Shown here: positions 9,273 through 17,148 of the stretch, piece after piece
How the letters are laid out: every line of letters starts with the position of its first letter
Numbering within the stretch: the first letter of the stretch is position 1
Source of the DNA: Bacteroidales bacterium
GTDB lineage: Bacteria > Bacteroidota > Bacteroidia > Bacteroidales > UBA1402
Direction of reading: 5' to 3'
DNA length: 64,000 bases
Assembly (NCBI GenBank): GCA_035719105.1
Contig: DASTGN010000006.1
Location: 125,085 to 189,084, forward strand
Program-made: the position numbers and the translations under genes
Notes under the pieces: model-generated
Databases searched by the model: none
The model's input: the letters and a program-made list of their open reading frames with translations, nothing else
What the model was told of the DNA's origin: nothing

Positions 9273-9347
9273 TGGGCGTTGAGGGATTCGAACCCCCGAC
9301 CCTCTGCTTGTAAGGCAGATGCTCTGAACCAGCAGAGCTAAACGCCC
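9273..9347 (-). tRNA. tRNA-Val (anticodon TAC), second tandem copy
   Basis: It is identical to the first copy except for one D-loop base (GCTCTGCTGG versus GCTCAGCTGG). A 71-nt spacer separates the two copies. Confidence 0.92.
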
Positions 9348-9593
9348 CTACTTGTTTTTTCAAAAGCGCGACAAAGATACTGCTAATTTTTACTCTCGCA
9401 AATTTTTGCAACCCATTTTCAGGTGAGCTTTAAAAAAATTCCGCAAAAAAAACCATATTATGTCATTGAAATAATGTAATTTTGTACCCTCTGTCGAATG
9501 AAGTATGATTAGGTGTGGCATCTCCTTTATGATGCGGTTTAAAAGGTTGTAACAAAGGTAGTGGCAGTGAATGCCAAACAAAAAACACAAAGA

Positions 9594-10937
9594 ATGAATT
9601 TGAATGATTTGACTGCTATTTCACCAGTCGATGGACGCTATCGTTCCAAAACCGATTCTCTTGCCGCGTATTTTTCTGAATTTGCCCTCATTCGTTACAG
9701 GGTTCAAGTCGAAATTGAGTATTTCATTGCTCTTTGCGAACTGCCACTTCCTCAACTTAAAGGTGTTGATATCCATGTGTTCACCCAGTTACGTGAGGTC
9801 TACAAAAACTTTACCTTGGACGATGCCCAAAAAATAAAGGACATTGAGAAAGTGACCAATCACGATGTCAAAGCCGTGGAGTACTTTCTGAAAGAAGTTT
9901 TCGATCGGCTTGATCTGAATGATTATAAGGAATTCATTCATTTTGGATTAACCTCTCAAGATATCAACAATACATCCATTCCACTTTCCATCAAAGAGGC
10001 GCTTGAATCGGTGTACTATCCTGGTTTGCAGGATGTTATTGATGCTTTGGCAGCTCGTGCCCAAGAGTGGGAAAACGTTTCCATGTTAGCAAAAACTCAT
10101 GGGCAACCTGCTTCACCAACACGTTTGGGTAAAGAAATCCAGGTTTTTGTCAACCGCCTCAACAAACAACTGGATCAGTTGAAACAGATTCCTCATTCTG
10201 CCAAGTTTGGTGGAGCTACCGGCAATTTCAATGCCCACCACGTTGCCTATCCCAAAACGGACTGGAAAAAATTTGGTGAAACGTTTACTTCAAAACATCT
10301 TGGACTGGAACGTGAAGCATTCACCACCCAGATTTCAAATTACGACAACCTGGCAGCCCTGTTCGATGGCATGAAGCGTATCAACAATATCCTGATGGAT
10401 ATGAACCGAGACTTCTGGATGTACGTTTCGATGGAATATTTTAAACAAAAAATAAAAGCTGGCGAAGTTGGTTCTTCCGCCATGCCTCATAAGGTCAACC
10501 CCATTGATTTTGAGAATTCAGAAGGCAATATCGGTGTGGCCAACGCTATTTTGGAACATTTATCGGCCAAACTACCGGTATCACGTCTTCAAAGGGATTT
10601 GACAGACTCAACCGTACTTCGCAACGTCGGAGTACCTTTTGCGCACAGCCTGATTGCATTTCAAAGCAGTCTGAAAGGGCTCAATAAACTATTGATCAAC
10701 GAGAACGCCTTGGAGGCGGATCTTGATAAGAACTGGGCCGTAGTGGCGGAAGGTATACAAACCATCTTGCGACGTGAAGGCTACCCTAAACCCTACGAAG
10801 CTTTGAAGGCTCTGACTCGTACCAATGAGGCGATTACAGAAAAATCCATCAAAGCATTCATACAGGAATTGAACGTAAGCAATGCTGTGAAAGCAGAGCT
10901 TAGTTCGATAACCCCGCATAATTATACCGGGATTTAA
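9594..10937 (+). CDS. purB: Adenylosuccinate lyase
   Basis: The N-terminus MNLNDLTAISPVDGRYRSKT is typical of PurB. The fumarate-lyase signature GSSAMPHKVNP is present. I prefer the ATG at 9594 over the GTG at 9561. Confidence 0.93.
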   Translation: MNLNDLTAISPVDGRYRSKTDSLAAYFSEFALIRYRVQVEIEYFIALCELPLPQLKGVDIHVFTQLREVYKNFTLDDAQKIKDIEKVTNHDVKAVEYFLKEVFDRLDLNDYKEFIHFGLTSQDINNTSIPLSIKEALESVYYPGLQDVIDALAARAQEWENVSMLAKTHGQPASPTRLGKEIQVFVNRLNKQLDQLKQIPHSAKFGGATGNFNAHHVAYPKTDWKKFGETFTSKHLGLEREAFTTQISNYDNLAALFDGMKRINNILMDMNRDFWMYVSMEYFKQKIKAGEVGSSAMPHKVNPIDFENSEGNIGVANAILEHLSAKLPVSRLQRDLTDSTVLRNVGVPFAHSLIAFQSSLKGLNKLLINENALEADLDKNWAVVAEGIQTILRREGYPKPYEALKALTRTNEAITEKSIKAFIQELNVSNAVKAELSSITPHNYTGI

Positions 10938-10982
10938 TTTTTTTATCTTTCTCAAAACAATTTTCTTAAAATTCAAGTAAAA

Positions 10983-12590
10983 ATGACAGACAACGACAAC
11001 TGGCAGAAAAAGCCTGATGAAGGTGGATTTTCTGCACGCCGTGATGGCGATCGCAAACCTTTTGAAAACCGCGGAAATTCATCCGACAGACCCCGTTTCA
11101 ACAACGAAGGCAGAAACGGAAATTCTTTTGACAAACCCCGTCGCAGTTTTGGTGATCATTCCAACAGCGGCAACAGTTTTGACCGCCCCCGCCGTAATTT
11201 TGGCGATAGTGGCAATAATTTCTCCGATCGCCCCCGTTTTGGTGGCAATTCGTTTGACAAGCCTCGCAGCTTCGGCAGCGATTCAGATAGACCTCGTCGC
11301 CCCTTCCAAAACGAAAGTGGCAATTCTTTCGATCGTCCCCGTCGTCCCTTCCAAAACGAAGGTGGAAACTCTTTTGATCGTCCTCGTCGTCCTTTCAACA
11401 GCGAAGGCGGTAACAGTTTTGACAAACCCCGTCGCAGCTTTGGCGACAGTGGAAACTCTTTTGATCGTCCACAGCGTTCCTTTGGTGATAACGACCGCGG
11501 CAACAGTTTTGACAAACCCCGTCGCAGCTTCGGTGAAAATTCCGATCGCCCTCGTCCCAGCTTCAACAGAGAAGGTGGAGATCGTCCTCGGAACAACTTC
11601 GGAGATCGTTCAGACCGCCCACGCACCAGTTATGGTGATCGTCCTAGCTATGGTGATCGTCCCAGCCACGGTGATCGCCCCCGTTTTGGTGGAAACAACG
11701 AAGGTGGAGACCGTGGTGGATTTAGACCTCGCTTCAGCAATGGACCAACATTGCCCAGACCCGAACGCGAAGATGGTCGTCCACGTCGTCCACGCATTTC
11801 GAAGCCCTTCGACCATGGTAAGCCTTTTGGTCGTCCTGCTGCTCCCAACTATCCAGTATTCATGGATCCGGACACCCCCGTTCGTCTAAACAAATTCTTA
11901 GCCAATGCCGGCATTTGCAGCCGTCGTGAAGCCGACGAATTCATCCAAGCCGGCGTAGTTCGTGTAAATGGAGAAGTAGTTTCTGAACTCGGAGTAAAAG
12001 TGAAGCCCACCGATACCATCCTTTTCCACGATCAGGCTGTGAGCATTGAACATAAAATATACATTCTGCTTAATAAACCCAAAGATTGTGTCACCACTTC
12101 GGACGATCCACAGGAACGGACCACGGTGATGGATCTCGTCAAGGGTGCTTGTGCCGAACGCATTTATCCTGTCGGCCGCCTGGACCGCAACACGACTGGT
12201 GTGCTGCTTTTGACCAACGATGGCGATTTAGCATCGAAATTGACGCATCCCAAGTTCGAAAAACGGAAAATTTATCAAGCCACGCTAGACAAGAACATCG
12301 AACCAGAAGATATTCAGAAAATTCTGGACGGTATCAAACTTGAAGATTGCGAAGTGAAAGCAGACAATTGCAGCTATGTTGACGAAGAAAAAGGAAATGT
12401 AGTGGGCATCGAAATTCATACCGGTCAAAATCGTGTGGTTCGCCGCATTTTCGAGTCGTTAGGATACAAAGTGTTTAAATTGGACCGTGTATATTTTGCC
12501 GGTCTGACTAAAAAGAATCTGCCCCGTGGAAAATGGCGTCACCTTTCCGAAAAGGAGGTTGGCCTACTTAAAATGGGTGCTTTTGTTTAA
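10983..12590 (+). CDS. rluB: RluB/RsuA-family 23S rRNA pseudouridine synthase with a ~290-aa repetitive Arg/Gly/Asp-rich N-terminal extension
   Basis: The C-terminal ~240 aa contain an S4 domain (VRLNKFLANAGICSRREADEFIQAGVVRVNGEVV) and the catalytic motif VGRLDRNTTGVLLLTNDGDL. The N-terminal part is low-complexity repeat sequence. Confidence 0.85.
   Translation: MTDNDNWQKKPDEGGFSARRDGDRKPFENRGNSSDRPRFNNEGRNGNSFDKPRRSFGDHSNSGNSFDRPRRNFGDSGNNFSDRPRFGGNSFDKPRSFGSDSDRPRRPFQNESGNSFDRPRRPFQNEGGNSFDRPRRPFNSEGGNSFDKPRRSFGDSGNSFDRPQRSFGDNDRGNSFDKPRRSFGENSDRPRPSFNREGGDRPRNNFGDRSDRPRTSYGDRPSYGDRPSHGDRPRFGGNNEGGDRGGFRPRFSNGPTLPRPEREDGRPRRPRISKPFDHGKPFGRPAAPNYPVFMDPDTPVRLNKFLANAGICSRREADEFIQAGVVRVNGEVVSELGVKVKPTDTILFHDQAVSIEHKIYILLNKPKDCVTTSDDPQERTTVMDLVKGACAERIYPVGRLDRNTTGVLLLTNDGDLASKLTHPKFEKRKIYQATLDKNIEPEDIQKILDGIKLEDCEVKADNCSYVDEEKGNVVGIEIHTGQNRVVRRIFESLGYKVFKLDRVYFAGLTKKNLPRGKWRHLSEKEVGLLKMGAFV
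11073..11760 (+). repeat. In-frame degenerate tandem repeats encoding GNSFD[KR]PRR.F units (8 copies) followed by GDRP[RS] units
   Basis: Eight GNSFD(K/R)P occurrences are read directly from the translation, followed by DRPRPSF, GDRPRNNF, DRPRTSYGDRPSYGDRPSHGDRPRFGG. The repeat keeps other frames open, producing artefactual ORFs at 11017..11889 (+) and 11156..11626 (-). Confidence 0.85.
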
Positions 12591-12599
12591 ATGTAACAT

Positions 12600-14006
12600 A
12601 TGGAAAAACTGAAAAGAGACCGAGTAGTCGATGTGCTTAAGCGCGAGGACTTCGGTGTGATGGTGAATGTTAAAGGCTGGGTTCGTACCCGTCGTGGTAA
12701 TAAGAATGTAAGCTTCATCGCTCTAAATGACGGTTCCACGATAAACAATGTTCAAATTGTCGTTGACCTGACCAAGTTTGACGAAGAGTCCTTGAAAGCG
12801 GTGACCACAGGAGCATGTCTTAGTGTGAACGGTTTGTTGGCCGAATCCATCGGTCAGGGACAAAAGGCTGAAATCCATGCTGCCGAAGTGGAAGTGTTGG
12901 GTGAAGCCGATCCGAACACCTACCCGCTGCAGAAAAAGGGACATTCCTTAGAATATCTTCGTGAAATTGCCCACCTGCGTCCACGTACCAATACGTTCGG
13001 TGCCATCTTCCGGATGCGTCATCACATGTCTCAAGCCATTCATCGTTTCTTTCACGAACGCGGATTTTTCTATTTTCATGCTCCCATCATTACAGGATCT
13101 GATTGTGAAGGTGCCGGTCAAATGTTTCAGGTAACCACCATGAACCTGTACGATTTGAAAAAAGATGAGAACGGCAACATTGACTACAGCAACGATTTCT
13201 TCGGTAAGCAGACCAGCCTAACGGTTTCCGGTCAGTTGGAAGGAGAACTCGCAGCAATGTCCATGGGTTCCATCTATACCTTCGGACCGACCTTCCGTGC
13301 TGAAAATTCCAATACACCCAGACATTTGGCTGAATTTTGGATGATTGAACCGGAAGTGGCGTTCAATGAAATCGAGGACAACATGGAGTTGGCTCAAGAT
13401 TTCATTCAATATTGTGTGAAATGGGCGTTGGACAATTGTCAAGATGACTTGAATTTCTTGGCGTCGATGTACGACAAGGATTTGCTGGAAAGGTTGCAAT
13501 TTGTCATTGACAACGATTTTGTCCGTTTACCTTACACCAAAGGGGTGGAAATCTTGGAAGCTGCTGCGGCAAACGGTCGCAAGTTCGAGTTTCCCGTTTT
13601 CTGGGGCGCTGATCTGGCTTCTGAACACGAACGCTATTTAGTGGAAGAACATTTCAAAAAACCAGTCATACTGACCGATTATCCCAAGGAAATCAAGTCT
13701 TTCTATATGAAACAGAACGACGATGGTAAAACGGTTCGTGCCATGGATGTGCTTTTCCCAAAAATCGGCGAAATCATTGGTGGTTCGCAACGTGAGGAAT
13801 CATTGGAAAAACTGGCCCAACGTGCACAAGAAATGGGTGTGCCCCAAGCAGACATTTGGTGGTATCTCGAAACCCGTAAATTTGGTACAGCTCCGCACAG
13901 CGGATTCGGACTTGGCTTTGAACGCCTCATGCTTTTCGTTACGGGGATGTCTAACATCCGTGACGTCATACCTTTCCCAAGAACGCCGCGCAACGCGGAA
14001 TTTTAA
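12600..14006 (+). CDS. asnS: Asparagine--tRNA ligase
   Basis: It has an OB-fold N-terminus and class II motifs [21 protein letters not shown] and GFGLGFERL. Length is 468 aa. Confidence 0.95.
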   Translation: MEKLKRDRVVDVLKREDFGVMVNVKGWVRTRRGNKNVSFIALNDGSTINNVQIVVDLTKFDEESLKAVTTGACLSVNGLLAESIGQGQKAEIHAAEVEVLGEADPNTYPLQKKGHSLEYLREIAHLRPRTNTFGAIFRMRHHMSQAIHRFFHERGFFYFHAPIITGSDCEGAGQMFQVTTMNLYDLKKDENGNIDYSNDFFGKQTSLTVSGQLEGELAAMSMGSIYTFGPTFRAENSNTPRHLAEFWMIEPEVAFNEIEDNMELAQDFIQYCVKWALDNCQDDLNFLASMYDKDLLERLQFVIDNDFVRLPYTKGVEILEAAAANGRKFEFPVFWGADLASEHERYLVEEHFKKPVILTDYPKEIKSFYMKQNDDGKTVRAMDVLFPKIGEIIGGSQREESLEKLAQRAQEMGVPQADIWWYLETRKFGTAPHSGFGLGFERLMLFVTGMSNIRDVIPFPRTPRNAEF

Positions 14007-14015
14007 TTCGAGCAA

Positions 14016-14930
14016 ATGGATCGCTTCGATCTACACATATTGGGTTGCGGGTCGGCATTGCCGACCCGTCGCCATTTGCCGGCAGCTCAGGTGCTGAACG
14101 TTCGGGACAAATTGTTCCTAATCGATTGCGGCGAAGGCACCCAACTCCAGTTTCGAAGCACCAAGCTCAACTACAACAAAATTTACGACATTTTTATTTC
14201 TCACTTGCATGGGGACCATTGTTTCGGACTGATCGGTCTGATTTCGACCATGGGCATGTTGGGAAGAACGGCGCCGCTGACCATTCATGCTCATTCTGAC
14301 CTGGAAAAAATGTTGCGACCGCAATTGGACTATTTTTGCAAGGGGATGGCTTATGAGATTCGGTTTGTACCGTTCGATCCTTCCACATACACCTTAATAT
14401 ATGAGGATAAATCGGTTCAAGTATTTACCTTGCCACTGAACCACCGCATTCCAACGGCTGGATTCTTGTTTAAGGAGCAGGAAAGACCTAGACACATCAT
14501 TAAAGAAATGATTGAATTCTACCATATACCGTTGAAGTCCATACCCGCCATCAAGCAAGGTCTGGATTTCACCACATCGGAAGGGGAAGTCATTTCAAAT
14601 GCTCGACTTACCAAGCCCTCTGTCCCCAGCAAATCGTTTGCCTATTGTTCCGATACAGCCTATTCAAAGACGTTGATCCCTCTGATTCAGGGCGTTGATC
14701 TACTGTATCATGAAGCAACTTTTGATGAAATGGAAAAGGATAGGGCTAGAGAAACCTTTCATTCGACCGCTGCCACAGCTGGAAGAGTCGCTGCGGAAGC
14801 GAAGGTAAAGAAACTGGTCATCGGTCACTTTTCTGCACGATATGCCGATGAAAAATTGCTTTTGGAGCAAGCAAAGACCTTTTTTGAAAACACCGTGTTG
14901 GCCGACGAAAACCTCCTTTTTGAAATATAG
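14016..14930 (+). CDS. rnz: Ribonuclease Z (tRNA 3' endonuclease, MBL fold)
   Basis: LHILGCGSALPT and the HxHxDH motif (SHLHGDHCFGL) are present. Length is 304 aa with the typical C-terminus HFSARY. Confidence 0.9.
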   Translation: MDRFDLHILGCGSALPTRRHLPAAQVLNVRDKLFLIDCGEGTQLQFRSTKLNYNKIYDIFISHLHGDHCFGLIGLISTMGMLGRTAPLTIHAHSDLEKMLRPQLDYFCKGMAYEIRFVPFDPSTYTLIYEDKSVQVFTLPLNHRIPTAGFLFKEQERPRHIIKEMIEFYHIPLKSIPAIKQGLDFTTSEGEVISNARLTKPSVPSKSFAYCSDTAYSKTLIPLIQGVDLLYHEATFDEMEKDRARETFHSTAATAGRVAAEAKVKKLVIGHFSARYADEKLLLEQAKTFFENTVLADENLLFEI

Positions 14931-14989
14931 TTCTTTAAATTTGGATATTCTGGCAAACTGCCATACCTTTGAACCAATTAAATGAACAA

Positions 14990-15295
14990 ATGAAGAAGCT
15001 TGTCGCAATTATTTTTTTGGCTTTAATCGTTTTTGCTCCTCTGGCTGCCCAGAAGGGTGAGAAGGTTGTTGCTGCTGCTTCGACAGAAACAATTCTATCG
15101 GTCATTCAAACTGGAAAAGTGCTTCAGCTCCAAAACGCAACCGTTGGAGAAAAGTTGGAAGTGCTTAGCATTGTGGGCGTACGCATCGCCGAAAAGAAGA
15201 TTGAAAGCTCCAACCAATCCTTTACTTTGGAACTACCCAAAGGTTATTACATCGTCAAAATAGGCACGGCCGTTCGTAAAATTTCAGTAAAATAG
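14990..15295 (+). CDS. Small secreted protein consisting essentially of a signal peptide plus a T9SS-type C-terminal sorting domain
   Basis: The ATG at 14990 gives MKKLVAIIFLALIVFAPLAAQ. The remaining ~80 aa (LQLQNATVGEKLEVLSIVGVRI...LPKGYYIVKIGTAVRKISVK) have the CTD beta-sandwich pattern seen at the ends of the GH2, GH16 and 915-aa proteins. Confidence 0.55.
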   Translation: MKKLVAIIFLALIVFAPLAAQKGEKVVAAASTETILSVIQTGKVLQLQNATVGEKLEVLSIVGVRIAEKKIESSNQSFTLELPKGYYIVKIGTAVRKISVK

Positions 15296-15317
15296 ATTTT
15301 ACGCTGTAAAAGTTGTC

Positions 15318-15346
15318 AAGCACTCGGTATCGGGTGCTTTTTTTTT
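15318..15346 (+). terminator. Rho-independent terminator
   Basis: The stem pairs aagcactc (15318-15325) with gggtgctt (15333-15340), with one G:U pair. It runs into a T-run (15338-15346). Confidence 0.8.
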
Positions 15347-15374
15347 GTAATTTTTCTCTGAAAAATTACAAAAA
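15342..15374. repeat. Perfect 14-bp AT-rich inverted repeat between the terminator and the protease genes
   Basis: tttttgtaattttt (15342-15355), loop ctctg, then aaaaattacaaaaa (15361-15374). A third copy of ttttgtaatt lies at 15391-15400. Confidence 0.6.
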
Positions 15375-15455
15375 CATAATGATTTTATTTTTTTGTAATT
15401 CTTAAAATAGTATTTTAGCAACCATTTTATTAACCTGTAGGAAAAATCGATATTC

Positions 15456-17123
15456 ATGAAACGCACACTGGTAACAGGTTTACTATTCGTACTTTTTGGT
15501 ATGCTTTATGCCCAAAGCAATTCTTTAAGAGAAGTTGTTTCTATCGTTCGCCCGGTTTATAGTGAATCAACAGTCAAGTTTTTGGAATCGTATTCGGATC
15601 GGCTTAAAAAACAGGGCTACGACTCATTGTCGGTGCAGATGAAGCGGTATGCCAAAGGTAATTCGTTTGGATCGGGCTTTGCTTATATAAATCCAACCGA
15701 TAGTCAAACCTACATTTTGACTAACAGTCATGTGGTTGTTCAAGCTCAGTATGTCAATGTGGAATTTGTTTTGGAAGACCAATCGGTCAAAACCTTCGCA
15801 AATTGCAAAATTGTTTCGGTCGATTTTGAAAATGATTTGGCATTGGTTTCCTTGCCTCAAGGTGTTAAATTAGATCGGACGTTGGCGTTATCCTCTCAAA
15901 AAGCCGAAGACGCCGAGGATGTCTTTACGGCTGGTTATCCTGGATTGGCGGATAAAGCTTCCTGGCAATTGGGAAAGGGTATAGTTTCGAATGCCAACAT
16001 TCATTTGGATGGATGGATTCCTACCAAAAACAGCATCATCCAACATACTGCTCAAATTGACCCTGGTAGCTCGGGTGGCCCTTTGCTTCGTCGCAATCCA
16101 AATGCACCCAGAGGATTCGAAATTATCGGAATGAATACCTGGAAAGTACGTGACCGTGAAAATGCCAATTTTTCCATTCATGCTTCGATAATAAAGAATT
16201 TCATCGAAACCTATTTGAAGGGAGATAATAAAATGTCCAAGGAAAGTTTGCAAAAACAAGCACAGGATTTCATCGGTGTAGCTAAGGACGGGTACAAACC
16301 CATTTTACCTTTTGTCTCTTACGAATACATTTCAAGGATTACCATTGACAAGTTTTTTGAATTGTACAGAGCTACCACTACAGAGATTCGGAAAGAAGTG
16401 AAGTCTCAATTTGAGGAAAAATATCCCATCGAGGCAGTGCGTGTGATTATTTCAAGCATCATAGCAACCAATATAGCCAAAAAAAACTTGACTTTTGAAA
16501 GCATTGAGAACTTTACAACTAACGGTCCTGTAGTCGTAAACATGAAGGACGGAGATAAGACAATTAAAACAACGTGGGTTCCAGATCAAGGTTCTTGGCG
16601 GATTTCAAATATGGAATCGGTCAAATTTGAAGACGACAGAATTTTTAAAATTGACAATAATTTTGGATACTCCGGTTCGGTAACGTATGTCACTAATTCG
16701 GATATGAAACATGATAATTTCTCCTACATTGAAATACTGACCCAACGGACCATTGCGACATTCTACACGACAGGTTTGGGTTATTGTTCCGGCCAATTGT
16801 TCAACACACCTTCCGATTCAGAGGATAATAATTACACAGAAATCAGAGGTTTAGAACTACATAATGGTGCTCAACTACCGTTAAAAATTGGATTAGTTCA
16901 TATTGTGCCTTACCTCCGTTTGCTGGGTGGGTTGGATTTAGGTTCCGATTTTGTTTTTGCCGTACATTACGGATACCGACTTGGTTTGGAAGCCGATGTT
17001 CATTTGTCAGGTAACACTTATTTGCTGACTGGAATTGGTATTAGAAATAGATATTATTTCCTTGAAACGACCGATATGCGTACCACCAATTCTTTATCCT
17101 TTTTTGTCGGTATTTCTTATTAA
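15456..17123 (+). CDS. Trypsin-like (S1-family) serine peptidase with a middle domain and a C-terminal outer-membrane beta-barrel-like domain
   Basis: It has a signal peptide and a catalytic triad context: TNSHVV (His), NDLALVSL (Asp), DPGSSGGPLL (Ser). The C-terminal ~150 aa have alternating hydrophobic strands and end in ...SLSFFVGISY, an aromatic terminus that fits the beta-signal pattern. Confidence 0.8.
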   Translation: MKRTLVTGLLFVLFGMLYAQSNSLREVVSIVRPVYSESTVKFLESYSDRLKKQGYDSLSVQMKRYAKGNSFGSGFAYINPTDSQTYILTNSHVVVQAQYVNVEFVLEDQSVKTFANCKIVSVDFENDLALVSLPQGVKLDRTLALSSQKAEDAEDVFTAGYPGLADKASWQLGKGIVSNANIHLDGWIPTKNSIIQHTAQIDPGSSGGPLLRRNPNAPRGFEIIGMNTWKVRDRENANFSIHASIIKNFIETYLKGDNKMSKESLQKQAQDFIGVAKDGYKPILPFVSYEYISRITIDKFFELYRATTTEIRKEVKSQFEEKYPIEAVRVIISSIIATNIAKKNLTFESIENFTTNGPVVVNMKDGDKTIKTTWVPDQGSWRISNMESVKFEDDRIFKIDNNFGYSGSVTYVTNSDMKHDNFSYIEILTQRTIATFYTTGLGYCSGQLFNTPSDSEDNNYTEIRGLELHNGAQLPLKIGLVHIVPYLRLLGGLDLGSDFVFAVHYGYRLGLEADVHLSGNTYLLTGIGIRNRYYFLETTDMRTTNSLSFFVGISY

Positions 17124-17148
17124 TTCAACATCAAATAATTTTATACAC

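Noticed and set aside
9127-9347. The possibility that the tandem tRNA-Val genes mark an integrated element with a tRNA-3'-end direct repeat (att site).
   Set aside because: I scanned 7560-9120 by eye for a copy of the tRNA 3' segment (ggtgggcgttgagggattcgaac) and found none. No integrase gene is present, so only the weaker islet interpretation is kept in the findings.
11017-11889. A 290-aa ORF on the + strand and a 156-aa ORF on the - strand (11156..11626), both inside the rluB 5' region.
   Set aside because: They translate to low-complexity strings (VLT/AVA runs, RGRS runs). These are alternative-frame readings of the GNSFDRPRR-encoding DNA repeat. The rluB frame continues into recognisable S4 and catalytic domains.
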